From Spirochaetota bacterium (GTDB lineage Bacteria; Spirochaetota; Brachyspiria; Brachyspirales; JACRPF01): a DNA stretch of 64,000 nucleotides. Location of the stretch: positions 144,322 to 208,321 of the forward strand of contig JACRPF010000004.1 of assembly GCA_016214035.1 (NCBI GenBank), read 5' to 3'. Below the pieces are notes generated by a model. The model ran no database searches, had not been told where the DNA came from, and was given only the letters and a program-made list of their open reading frames with translations. The translations under genes were made by a program, and so were the position numbers. Of this stretch, positions 34,279-43,697 are shown in pieces (within the stretch, counting starts at the first letter, position 1; each line of letters begins with the position of its first letter).

Positions 34279-36558
34279 ATGAACGAGACCATCCAGATAG
34301 TATTCAAAGGCATCGTGCAGGGTATCGGTTTCCGCCCCCTGCTCTACCGGCTCCTCTCCGAACGCAGCATAGCCGCGCATGTCTATAATTCCGCCCGCGG
34401 TGTTATCGTTGAAATGAATACTTCCCGCGATACGGCAGACACCTTCATCATCGCCGTTCGCGAGTCCATGCCGCCGCTGGGATCGCTCACCGAGGTGCTG
34501 GTGGACACGGTTCCGTTCAAATCAATCGAACGGTTGACCATTCTCGAAAGCGACGACGCCGGCGAACCGGAGACCGTCACGCCTCCCGACATTGCGATAT
34601 GCGACGACTGCCGCCGGGAGCTCTTCGACAGCCATCATCCGAAATACCGCTATCCGTTCATCAACTGCACGAATTGCGGTCCGCGTTACAGCATTCTCGC
34701 GGCATTACCATACGACCGCGAGAACACCTCCATGGATGCTTTCGCGATGTGCGAACGGTGCGCGCATGAGTACGCAGACCCCGCAGACAGAAGATTCCAC
34801 GCGGAGCCCGATGCCTGCGAGCGCTGCGGTCCGCACCTGAAACTCCGGCGCGACGACACAACCGTGCTTGCCGACGGCGATGAGACGTCGATAGCCGCCG
34901 CGACGGCACTGCTGCTCAGCGGAAAGATCGTTGCCGTGAAAAGCATCGGGGGATTCCATCTCGCGTGCAACGCTTTCGACGATGAGGCGCTGAAACGTCT
35001 GCGCCATATGAAAGGACGCGACGCGAAACCGTTCGCCATCATGGTGCGTTCCGTCGAAATTGCGAAACGGTATGTAAACATCACCCGAGCGGAAGAACTG
35101 CTTTTGACATCGGGAAGCGCGCCCATCGTGCTGCTGCCGCGCAGGACAACTGACCACGGCATACCGCCGCTCCCGGAGACAATAGCCCCGGGCAACGCGG
35201 CACTCGGCATCATGCTCCCGTACACGCCGATGCATCTGATGCTGTTCAGCGACGGACTTGATATACTGGTGATGACCAGCGGCAATAAAAAAGACGAGCC
35301 CATCGTCATCGACGACCACGAGATGATGAAGCTTTTTGAGAATGAAGCGGACGCGTTCCTCGTGCATAACCGCGGTATTCACAACCGCCTCGACGATTCC
35401 ATCGTCCGTATGGCGGGCGATCAGTCCATTCTGCTGCGCCGCTCAAGGGGTTTTGTCCCGTACCCCATCACCATCAGTACACCCGCGCCACGCGCCGTTC
35501 TCGCCCTCGGCAGCGATGTGAAAAACGCATTCGCCCTCGCGCGCGACAGCAGCATTACGTTGAGTCAGTACACGGGAGACCTGAGCTCCATCGCAAACTT
35601 TTACCAGATGCAGCAGACGGTAGACTCCCTCAAAAAGCTCATGCGTTTCGCGCCCGACGTCATCGCCGTCGACATGCACCCGAACTATTTTTCAACGCAG
35701 TTCGGCGAGCACATCGCGCAGACGCTGGAACTGCCGGTGGTCTCCGTGCAGCACCACATCGCACATGCCGCGGCGCTCATCCTTGAGCACGGCGTAACCG
35801 AACCGGCAGCGGTGTTTACCTTCGACGGGACAGGCTTCGGCACTGACGGCACCATCTGGGGCGGTGAGATAATCCGTTTCGACGGCAGGCATTATCACCG
35901 CCATGCGCATCTTACGCCGTACGCGCTCCCGGGATCCGATCTTGCCGTACGTGAAGGACGCCGTGTGGCAGCGTCACTCCTCTACTCGGTCTACGGCAGA
36001 GATTTCCTCTCACTCGATATCCCGTTCGTCAAACACAACGATTTCGACGACATACTGTTTCAGATCGAGCATAAGATCAACGCGCCGTATGCGAGCAGCA
36101 TGGGCCGCCTGTTCGATGCCGTTGCCGCGCTCATGGGCGTTAAAGAAGAGAACACATTCGAAGGCGATGCCGCCATAATGCTGGAAAGCATTGCCGACAT
36201 CGCCGAGACCGGGACACTGACCGGCGATGATGAGCTTACCGCGCTTGACTTTACGCCGCTGATTATGAATATTGTTGAAGCGATACGCCGAAATGTTCCG
36301 GCGCCGATTGTGGCCGGACGGTTTCATAATACCATTGCCCGCATCATGCTGGTGCAGGCCAAGATGCTTCGCGAAGAGACCGGCATACAGGTGTTCGGCG
36401 CGAGCGGCGGCGTGTTCCAGAACGCTTACATCGTCCGCCGTGCCGGGGAATATTTCACAGCCGCCGGATATACGCTTCTGTTCCACCGGCTTGTCGCACC
36501 GAATGATGAATGCATTGCGCTCGGCCAGGTTGCCGTAGTGCTCAGTGAGGAGAATTGA
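34279..36558 (+). CDS. hypF: [NiFe]-hydrogenase maturation carbamoyltransferase HypF
   Basis: Acylphosphatase-like N-terminus (GIVQGIGFRP), two zinc-finger pairs (CDDCRRE..CTNCGPRYSI; CERCAHEY..CERCGP), and YrdC-like and Kae1-like domains. Confidence 0.93.
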   Translation: MNETIQIVFKGIVQGIGFRPLLYRLLSERSIAAHVYNSARGVIVEMNTSRDTADTFIIAVRESMPPLGSLTEVLVDTVPFKSIERLTILESDDAGEPETVTPPDIAICDDCRRELFDSHHPKYRYPFINCTNCGPRYSILAALPYDRENTSMDAFAMCERCAHEYADPADRRFHAEPDACERCGPHLKLRRDDTTVLADGDETSIAAATALLLSGKIVAVKSIGGFHLACNAFDDEALKRLRHMKGRDAKPFAIMVRSVEIAKRYVNITRAEELLLTSGSAPIVLLPRRTTDHGIPPLPETIAPGNAALGIMLPYTPMHLMLFSDGLDILVMTSGNKKDEPIVIDDHEMMKLFENEADAFLVHNRGIHNRLDDSIVRMAGDQSILLRRSRGFVPYPITISTPAPRAVLALGSDVKNAFALARDSSITLSQYTGDLSSIANFYQMQQTVDSLKKLMRFAPDVIAVDMHPNYFSTQFGEHIAQTLELPVVSVQHHIAHAAALILEHGVTEPAAVFTFDGTGFGTDGTIWGGEIIRFDGRHYHRHAHLTPYALPGSDLAVREGRRVAASLLYSVYGRDFLSLDIPFVKHNDFDDILFQIEHKINAPYASSMGRLFDAVAALMGVKEENTFEGDAAIMLESIADIAETGTLTGDDELTALDFTPLIMNIVEAIRRNVPAPIVAGRFHNTIARIMLVQAKMLREETGIQVFGASGGVFQNAYIVRRAGEYFTAAGYTLLFHRLVAPNDECIALGQVAVVLSEEN

Positions 36559-36559
36559 T

Positions 36560-36781
36560 ATGTGCTACAGTGTCCCCTGTAAAGTCGTACGCCTGACCGG
36601 TAATAACCGCGCCATCGTCATGCTCGGAGATGTTGCATATGAAGCCGTAGTAACGCTGGTGCCGCAGGTGAAGGCGGGCGATTATATACTCCTTCACGCC
36701 GGATACGCGCTTGAAATCATCGACGAGGAACGCGCCGCGGAAACGCTGGCGCTTATGAAAGACGTGGGGATGGAGCCATAA
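36560..36781 (+). CDS. hypC: Hydrogenase maturation chaperone HypC
   Basis: Internal ATG of ORF 36545..36781 gives the canonical N-terminus MCYSVPCKV (Cys2). Length 73 aa. Confidence 0.88.
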   Translation: MCYSVPCKVVRLTGNNRAIVMLGDVAYEAVVTLVPQVKAGDYILLHAGYALEIIDEERAAETLALMKDVGMEP

Positions 36782-36790
36782 CGCGGGATA

Positions 36791-36828
36791 AAAAAAGGGA
36801 TGTCACGGATAACTACCCGCGACATCCC
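36791..36828. terminator. Hairpin between convergent genes (bidirectional terminator; best on the minus strand)
   Basis: GGGATGTCACGG (36797..36808) pairs with CCGCGACATCCC (36817..36828) with one mismatch. A6 on the plus-strand 5' side becomes T6 after the stem on the minus strand. Confidence 0.65.
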
Positions 36829-36854
36829 GGAATTTCTGAAATCTCGGATTAACG

Positions 36855-37448
36855 CTATTCTTTTTCCTCTTTTGTCGCTTTACCGCGTTTGTCACGGGCG
36901 CTCTTCATGTGCTCTTCCATCTTTTTGCGCATCTCTTTCATCTTTTCAATCTGTTCGGGCTTCAAGAGCGGCTTGATATCGATATTGAATTTGAACCGCA
37001 GGAATTCCATCTCGCCGAGTGATTTGGCGCGTTTCTCGATCGCATCTTTCACCTTTCCCAGATCGGGGGTGTCTTTCGCGCGTTCCGCATCAAACGCCTC
37101 GATTATTTTCTTCAGTTCCGCTCCCTTCACGTCAAGCTCTTTCTGTCCTTTTTCGGCGAGTTCCTTCACTTTTTTATACTGCTCGTCGGTAAGCTCGAGT
37201 GTCTTCTTGAGCATCTCCGCCATGCCGGTCAACGACTGCATGTCGGGGCGTTTCTGCTCACCGCCTTCTTCGCGCGCGGGTTTCTTTTTCTCAGTTACTT
37301 TGGTCTCATCGGGAATATCGGCGACCGCATTTGTTTTTTTCACATCCGCGGCAAAGACAAACATACAGGCGAACACGAACGAAAACAGACATACCAGTGC
37401 ACGTTTCATACGATTCCTCCTATGGTTTATGGCAGTATTATACGGCAT
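36855..37448 (-). CDS. Periplasmic Spy/CpxP-family (LTxxQ) protein
   Basis: Signal peptide. A highly charged helical protein with LELTDEQYKKV and LKPEQIEKM motifs. Confidence 0.65.
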   Translation of the reverse strand: MPYNTAINHRRNRMKRALVCLFSFVFACMFVFAADVKKTNAVADIPDETKVTEKKKPAREEGGEQKRPDMQSLTGMAEMLKKTLELTDEQYKKVKELAEKGQKELDVKGAELKKIIEAFDAERAKDTPDLGKVKDAIEKRAKSLGEMEFLRFKFNIDIKPLLKPEQIEKMKEMRKKMEEHMKSARDKRGKATKEEKE

Positions 37449-37519
37449 GACATTATCCTGTCAAACCGTTCTGCCGGCATAGATATGACGCCCTTCTCCG
37501 GAAAAAGTTCCGCTGCGGT

Positions 37520-38377
37520 CTAGGCGCTTTCTTTTGCCGTCAAAATCGATTGCTTATACTCGCTCGGCGACATTCGTTCATATTTTTTGAATAAACGGCT
37601 GAAATAGAGCTCATCCTTGAAACCGGAATGTATCGCCGCCTCACGCACACTGTACCCCTGCATCAGAAGGTCTTTGCTCTGACGAAGCCGCATGTTAAGG
37701 AAATACCGCTTGGGTGTCATTCCGACATGTTTTTTGAACAGCGCCGCCGTGTAATCATAACCGTACGGCGACAGTGAGAACGCATTGTTCACGGCATTAT
37801 CGTCAATAAGCCTGCTGTCGATGTAACTCATCATTTTGATGATGAAATAGTAATTATGGTCTATCATCGAATCCTTTTCAGCGGTAAATGCGTCGTAAAT
37901 GAACTCGGCGAGCACTGAAAAGAACAGGCTGTGCTGCAGTATCGTCTTTTCGCGCTTCATATTAAGCGCGGCGAAACGTTCAAGTGTGGCGCCGACGTAA
38001 TCCCAATTGGAAAAGCGAACCATATGATGATAGTTAATCAGCGAAAAAAAATCAGCCGCGCCGAAAAGTCTGAGCTCAAAATGCTGGGCTATGGCATCGA
38101 ATGTTCCCGGTCCTTTATGTACGGCATACAGCGGCGCATTCGGAGTGGCGAGAAATCCGTGTCCCTCTTTGACGAGGAAACGCTTTCCCCCGAGTGTGAA
38201 CTCAGCCGAACCGCCGTAACAGACGAAAAGATCGTAATCCTTGTAGCCGGACGGATTGTTGATACGCCAGTCGTCGCCCTGCCGCTGTTTGAATGCTTTT
38301 GACGTGATGATCAGCTTCAGATTGTCAGGGTGAATGACATCAAGGAATGACGCCCCGGCTGCACCCGCCCGTTTCAT
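37520..38377 (-). CDS. AraC-family transcriptional regulator
   Basis: C-terminal double HTH (..LFKKHVGMTPKRYFLNMRLRQSKDLL..SVREAAIHSGFKDELYFSRLFKKYERMSPSEY). The start overlaps the ptsI stop (ATGA). Confidence 0.85.
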   Translation of the reverse strand: MKRAGAAGASFLDVIHPDNLKLIITSKAFKQRQGDDWRINNPSGYKDYDLFVCYGGSAEFTLGGKRFLVKEGHGFLATPNAPLYAVHKGPGTFDAIAQHFELRLFGAADFFSLINYHHMVRFSNWDYVGATLERFAALNMKREKTILQHSLFFSVLAEFIYDAFTAEKDSMIDHNYYFIIKMMSYIDSRLIDDNAVNNAFSLSPYGYDYTAALFKKHVGMTPKRYFLNMRLRQSKDLLMQGYSVREAAIHSGFKDELYFSRLFKKYERMSPSEYKQSILTAKESA

Positions 38378-40158
38378 TCGTCCTTTGCCTTATTGCGCGA
38401 TATGATATCGGGAAACCGTTTTTCCATGTATTCGATGACTACGCGGCGCACATCGGATGAACGTTCCAGGGTGAAAAGCGTTTCGGTAAAGGCCGCGCAT
38501 TCAGTGGAGGACAGCCCGCGTATGACGCGCTTCATGTCCGGAATGAGCGACGGCGCCATCGACAGCGCATCAACACCAAGGCCGATCAATATGCATGCGT
38601 ACAGCGGCTGCCCCGCCATCTCACCGCATATCGCCACCGGGATCTTCGCCTTGTGCGCGCTTTCTACCGTCGTCTTGATGAGCGACAGCACGGAAAGATT
38701 GAGCGGATCATACAGATAGCTGATGCGCTCATTGGTCCTGTCGCAGGCGAGCGTATACTGAATAAGATCGTTCGTCCCGATGCTGAAGAAATCAACCTTG
38801 TTCGCGAACTTCTCCGCCATGATCGCCACCGACGGTATCTCAACCATGATGCCGATTTTCACGTTCGGATCGAACGGATGACCGGCTTTCGTAAGCTCGT
38901 CCTTCGCTTCCTGCACCAGCACCGCCGCCTGCTCATACTCCTCGACATTGCTCACCATCGGGAACATGATGCTGACACGCCCGAAGTGCGATGCCCTGAG
39001 TATGGCTCTGAGCTGCGTTTTGAAGATCAGCGGATTGGCAAGACAGAAGCGTATGGCGCGCCAGCCGAGAAACGGATTCTGGTCGGCATCAACGCTGCCG
39101 ATCTCGTTCGAAATGAATTTATCGCCGCCCAGATCGAGCGTGCGTATGGTCACCGGAGCGTCTTTAAACGCCTCTACGACCTTCTTGTAATTATGATACT
39201 GCTCTTCTTCGGAGGGATAACTTTCTTTCGCGATATACAGAAACTCGGTACGATAGAGCCCGATGCCTTCGGCGCCGAAACGCTTCACCTCACCGATATC
39301 GTCCGGTATCTCAATGTTCGCTTCAACCGAAACGACATGGTCGTCAACGGTCTTCGCGGGTACGCCGGAAAGACGTATATGCTCTTTCTGAAAACGGCTG
39401 AATATCTCGCGCATAGCCTCGTATTCACGGATATTCTCTTCGCTGGGATTGATGATGACGCTGCCGTGGATACCGTCAAGTATCATCATGTCGCCGTTTT
39501 TAGCCTGCGCGGCGAAATGCTGGAGCCCCACCACCGCGGGGATGTTGAGCGAGCGGGATAGTATCGCCGTATGCGAGGTGCTCCCGCCGATATCAACCGC
39601 AAACCCGAGCAGGTAACGCCGGTCGAAATGAAGCGTATCGGATGGCGTGAGATTATGCGCGACTACGATAACCGGTTCGCTGATGTTGGCGCTCGCCGCC
39701 ACGTCGCGGCCTGACAAAAGCTGCCTGAGCACACGGTTTCTGATATCAAGCACATCGTTCGCGCGGTCTTTGAGGATAGGATTATCGATGGCGTCAAGAC
39801 GATGCACGAACCGGAGCATGATCTCATTATAAATATGCTCTACGTTCTTCTTCTGTTTACGCACCTCTTCGCGGACCTCGGAAAGTACAACCGGGTCTTC
39901 CAGTATCTGTATGTGCGATTTCAGTATCTCGGTAATATCCTTCTGCACGTCCTTCTCGAACGTACCCTTCATCGCGAGGATTTCGTCACGGGCGCGGCGC
40001 ACCGCGAGGTCAAGCCTGCGCAGTTCGCGCTTGATCATATCGTCGGAAATGTCGCACACCTCGACGACAATATGGTCCTTGCGATAGAGGTATATCTTAC
40101 CTATCGATATGCCGGCACTTGCGCCGATACCGCTGAATGTAGAGCTGATTTCTTTCAT
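38374..40158 (-). CDS. ptsI: Phosphoenolpyruvate-protein phosphotransferase (PTS Enzyme I)
   Basis: Active-site region GGSTSHTAILSRSLNIPAVVG, the PEP-utilizer C-terminal TIM domain (FFSIGTNDLIQYTLA, CGEMAG), and a typical length. Confidence 0.92.
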   Translation of the reverse strand: MKEISSTFSGIGASAGISIGKIYLYRKDHIVVEVCDISDDMIKRELRRLDLAVRRARDEILAMKGTFEKDVQKDITEILKSHIQILEDPVVLSEVREEVRKQKKNVEHIYNEIMLRFVHRLDAIDNPILKDRANDVLDIRNRVLRQLLSGRDVAASANISEPVIVVAHNLTPSDTLHFDRRYLLGFAVDIGGSTSHTAILSRSLNIPAVVGLQHFAAQAKNGDMMILDGIHGSVIINPSEENIREYEAMREIFSRFQKEHIRLSGVPAKTVDDHVVSVEANIEIPDDIGEVKRFGAEGIGLYRTEFLYIAKESYPSEEEQYHNYKKVVEAFKDAPVTIRTLDLGGDKFISNEIGSVDADQNPFLGWRAIRFCLANPLIFKTQLRAILRASHFGRVSIMFPMVSNVEEYEQAAVLVQEAKDELTKAGHPFDPNVKIGIMVEIPSVAIMAEKFANKVDFFSIGTNDLIQYTLACDRTNERISYLYDPLNLSVLSLIKTTVESAHKAKIPVAICGEMAGQPLYACILIGLGVDALSMAPSLIPDMKRVIRGLSSTECAAFTETLFTLERSSDVRRVVIEYMEKRFPDIISRNKAKDE

Positions 40159-40244
40159 AATTCCTGCCCTGTTACGGGAGTGGTATTATAAACAATCCGT
40201 CTTTTTTTACAAGGCCGGGACCGATGAAAACCTGATGCCGCACA

Positions 40245-40273
40245 TTGAAAAAAACGGCAAAATACCCTATACT
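40245..40273 (+). promoter_or_regulatory. Sigma-70-type promoter (TTGAAA-17-TATACT) for pyrB
   Basis: TTGAAA 40245..40250, a 17-nt spacer, TATACT 40268..40273. The 38-nt leader contains the GC hairpin GCCGCAGCGCCG..CCGGCGCGGC. Confidence 0.45.
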
Positions 40274-40311
40274 GCCGCAGCGCCGAAGACCCGGCGCGGC
40301 AAGGAAACCGC

Positions 40312-41244
40312 ATGGCATTCAAACATCTTCTCGGACTTGAAGAACTGTCGAAAACAGATATCGAAAGCATACTCACCTCGGCAAAATCGTTCAAAGAGGT
40401 GTTCACCCGTTCGGTGAAAAAAGTGCCGGCGCTCATCGGAAAGACCGTCGTCAATCTCTTCTTCGAACCGTCCACCCGTACGCGAACGTCCTTCGAACTT
40501 GCGGCGAAGCGTCTTTCCGCCGACGTCATCAATTTCACGGCGTCGGGAAGTTCGGTATCGAAGGGTGAAACGCTTATCGACACGGCAAAGACCATCGAAG
40601 CGCTCGCCAGCGACATCATCGTCATGCGCCACAGCGAATCCGGAGCGGCAAGCCTCCTTTCAAAAAATGTGCGCTCAAGCGTTGTCAATGCCGGCGACGG
40701 CATGCACGAACACCCCACGCAGGGACTGCTCGATATGTTCACCATGCTCGAGCATAAAGGCCGCATTGAAGGGCTTAATGTGGTTATCGTGGGAGACATC
40801 CTCCACTCGCGCGTGGCACGGTCGAATATCTACGGCCTCATCAAACTCGGCGCCAATGTAACGCTCTGCGGACCGCCGACACTCGTGCCGTCATTCAGCG
40901 GACTTCCGGTCAGGATTGAATACGATCTTACCAAAGCGCTCGAAAATGCCGACGTGGTCAATATCCTCCGCATACAGCGCGAGCGTATGGACGCAAACTA
41001 TTTCCCGTCGCTTCGCGAATACACCAAATTTTTCGGACTGACAACGGATAAACTTGCGCACGCGCCCAAGGACATACTCATCATGCATCCGGGACCGATG
41101 AACCGCGGTGTTGAGATAGCCCACGAGGTCGCGGACTGCAAGAACTCTGTCATCACCGAACAGGTGACCAACGGGGTCGCCGTCCGGATGGCGGTACTAT
41201 TCCTCGTTTCCGGCGCCAAGGAGAAGAATTTTGAAACTGATTAA
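40312..41244 (+). CDS. pyrB: Aspartate carbamoyltransferase catalytic subunit
   Basis: [38 protein letters not shown]. Confidence 0.93.
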   Translation: MAFKHLLGLEELSKTDIESILTSAKSFKEVFTRSVKKVPALIGKTVVNLFFEPSTRTRTSFELAAKRLSADVINFTASGSSVSKGETLIDTAKTIEALASDIIVMRHSESGAASLLSKNVRSSVVNAGDGMHEHPTQGLLDMFTMLEHKGRIEGLNVVIVGDILHSRVARSNIYGLIKLGANVTLCGPPTLVPSFSGLPVRIEYDLTKALENADVVNILRIQRERMDANYFPSLREYTKFFGLTTDKLAHAPKDILIMHPGPMNRGVEIAHEVADCKNSVITEQVTNGVAVRMAVLFLVSGAKEKNFETD

Positions 41245-42508
41245 GAACGGTATTGTCAACGACCCGGCGGGAAACATCGTCAATGAAAAACTCGACGTGC
41301 TCATCGGCGGTGACCGCATCATCAAACTGCAGAAGAGCATCGACGCGCCCGGCGCCGAGATCATCGACGCCAAGAACCGGTATATCTTCCCGGGACTTGT
41401 CGACATGCACACGCATCTGCGGGAGCCCGGCGAGGAACACAAAGAGACCATCGAATCCGGAAGCCGCGCCGCCGCAGCGGGAGGATTCACCTCCATCGCC
41501 TGTATGGCGAACACCAACCCCGTAACCGATTCAGCAAGCCAGATAAAGTACACGGTGGTGACCGCGGAAAAGGAAGCCATCGTCAATGTGTTCCCATACG
41601 GCGCCGTAACCAAAGGGCTCAAGGGTGAAGCGCTCACCGAATTCGGCGACATGAAGGAAGCCGGCGCCATCGGTTTTTCCGACGACGGCAGGACCATCAT
41701 GAACGCCAACGTCATGCGACGTACACTAGACTATCTGCGCATGTTCGGGATGCCGGTAATCGTACACGCCGAAGACGACAGTCTCTGCGGCAACGGAACG
41801 GTACACGAAAGCTCGTTCGCGCAGAAAAAGGGGCTCAAGGGCATACCCAAAGAAGCAGAGGAGATTATCATCGCGCGCGATATACGCCTCGCGAAACTCA
41901 CCGGCGGGCGTGTGCACTTTACGCACATCTCAAGCGACGGTTCCATCGCGCTCATCCGTGACGCGAAAAAGAACAAGCTCTTCGTCACCGCCGATGTAAC
42001 ACCGCATCACCTCGCCTTATCCTGTGAGGAAGTCGGCGATTACAACACGAACATGAAGATGCGTCCTCCCCTGCGCTGTGACGAAGATCGCGCCGCGCTC
42101 AAAGCGGCCGTGCTCGACGGCACCATCGACGCCATATCCACCGACCACGCACCGCACAGCACCTTCGAGAAATCGCTCGAGTTCGGCATTGCACCAAACG
42201 GCGCCATCGGTCTTGAGACAGCGGTACCGGTGATACTCGCCGAGATCGTCGAATACAAGACCGACCGGCTGCCGCTGTTCGCATCCATCCTGTCGCGCAA
42301 TCCCGCGTCCATACTCCGCATTCCGAAAGGAACGCTTGCCGCGGGTGCCGATGCCGATATCACCATCATCGATATCGACTGCGAATATACGTATACCACC
42401 GAAATGATCGTCAGCAAGAGCAAGAACTCGCCGTTCGTCGGGCGGAAACTACGCGGCGCGGCGTCGCACACCATCGTTGCCGGCGAGATCGTTTACCAGC
42501 GCGCGTGA
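41231..42508 (+). CDS. pyrC: Dihydroorotase
   Basis: TTG start after AAGGAGAAG. Motifs [21 protein letters not shown]. The start overlaps the pyrB 3' end by 14 nt. Confidence 0.9.
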   Translation: MKLIKNGIVNDPAGNIVNEKLDVLIGGDRIIKLQKSIDAPGAEIIDAKNRYIFPGLVDMHTHLREPGEEHKETIESGSRAAAAGGFTSIACMANTNPVTDSASQIKYTVVTAEKEAIVNVFPYGAVTKGLKGEALTEFGDMKEAGAIGFSDDGRTIMNANVMRRTLDYLRMFGMPVIVHAEDDSLCGNGTVHESSFAQKKGLKGIPKEAEEIIIARDIRLAKLTGGRVHFTHISSDGSIALIRDAKKNKLFVTADVTPHHLALSCEEVGDYNTNMKMRPPLRCDEDRAALKAAVLDGTIDAISTDHAPHSTFEKSLEFGIAPNGAIGLETAVPVILAEIVEYKTDRLPLFASILSRNPASILRIPKGTLAAGADADITIIDIDCEYTYTTEMIVSKSKNSPFVGRKLRGAASHTIVAGEIVYQRA

Positions 42509-43491
42509 GAACACATCCCGCGGCAGCACAACCGGTGAACATCAACGATTTACTCGCCAACTTCTGCTACGCGGACGGTAACGCGCTTGAGCGCATGATA
42601 CGCGAGGTTCAGATAATCGGCGAACGGATATCGTTCACCGCGCTCGGCGCTGAACTCGGCTGCTTTCCGAACCTCAGGAAGGTTACGGCAAAAAACGTAT
42701 TCCCCGAACATCATCATGATTTCTTCGAGCTTTCGTTCATACTCGACGGCAGCGGGACGCATACCGCGGGCGGCAACCGCTACACCGTCCGGCAGGGGGA
42801 TGTATTCTTTCTCAACAATGAACTGCCGCATCGGTATATCGTCTCGAAAAACGAACATCTGACCGTGCTGAATTTCGCCTTCGTGCCGGAATACCTGGAA
42901 CGCAATGTCACCTTTGAAAAGCTCCGCGGCGGGCTGCACTTTTTTCTTGTTGAACCGTTCTTCCGCCAGCTCGACAATGCGCGCGACAAGCTCACGCTCA
43001 CCGGCCCCTCGTTTTTCCGCACCGCATCGATAGGGCTCTGCGCGCTTGACGCGTTCAACCGTTCATATCCGGCGAAGAGCGATCTGATGCAGCACCTGTT
43101 CAAAGCGTACATCATGAGTATCAACGAAGCATTTGAAGAAAAACTCGACTCCGCACCCGGCTTTCATGAACGGCGTGAAAAACTGTTCCGCGACATAATA
43201 ACATTCATAGATGCGCGTCTTGCGGAAAAGATATCACTCGCCTCGATCAGTGAAGCCGTCGGCCTCGGGCGCACACGGCTTGCCGAGGTGTTCAAAGACC
43301 GCCAGGGCGAGACCATCGTGGAATATATCAACCGCAAACGCGTTGAGCAGGCGCAGGAACTGCTGCGCACCACCGACATGCCGGTCATCGACATAGCGCT
43401 TGAGACCGGATTCGGGGACATATCGAATTTCAACAGAACCTTTAAAAAAACAGCCGGTGTCTCGCCGCGTGATTTCCGCAGGAACGCTTAG
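42505..43491 (+). CDS. AraC-family regulator with N-terminal cupin sensor domain
   Basis: GTGA overlap with the pyrC stop. Cupin segment HHHDFFELSFILDGSGTH..GDVFFLNNELPHRY. C-terminal HTH ..ETGFGDISNFNRTFKKTAGVSPRDF. The true start could be an internal Met. Confidence 0.8.
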   Translation: MRTHPAAAQPVNINDLLANFCYADGNALERMIREVQIIGERISFTALGAELGCFPNLRKVTAKNVFPEHHHDFFELSFILDGSGTHTAGGNRYTVRQGDVFFLNNELPHRYIVSKNEHLTVLNFAFVPEYLERNVTFEKLRGGLHFFLVEPFFRQLDNARDKLTLTGPSFFRTASIGLCALDAFNRSYPAKSDLMQHLFKAYIMSINEAFEEKLDSAPGFHERREKLFRDIITFIDARLAEKISLASISEAVGLGRTRLAEVFKDRQGETIVEYINRKRVEQAQELLRTTDMPVIDIALETGFGDISNFNRTFKKTAGVSPRDFRRNA

Positions 43492-43546
43492 CGCCGGACA
43501 TTTCCTACTGCCCAATATGATAAAATGATAGTATGCCAAGAAAAAT

Positions 43547-43645
43547 ACGCGCATGGATGCGCGGAATATTGTAAAGCTCCGCGCTAACGCCAGCGCCAGC
43601 GGTGCCGGATGCACCGCGAGAGCGACAACAAATAGGAGAAGGTAG
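43547..43645. repeat. Copy A of a dispersed about 100-nt GC-rich structured element
   Basis: ACGCGCATGGATGCGCGG..CCGCGCTAACGCCAGCGCCAGCGGTGCCGGATGCACCGCGAGAGCGACAACAAATAGGAG aligns with 62759..62852 and 63757..63860. Hairpins are at 43548..43563 and at 43599..43605/43611..43617. Confidence 0.7.
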
Positions 43646-43697
43646 TTTACGCAGAGAATGCAAAATATAAAAGTAAGCACTTACCGCCTGACAATAT

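Noticed and set aside
43234-43680. Possibility that the dispersed element encodes a small hydrophobic peptide on the minus strand. Copies A and B both translate to FVVA[LF]A[VT]HPA[PS]LAL, and C has FVV..APLALA.
   Set aside because: By my manual translation, copy B has no in-frame start codon between an upstream stop and the conserved segment. Copy C differs by indels that break the frame relationship. The substitutions between copies are pairwise compensatory in hairpin stems, which fits a structural element better than a coding one.
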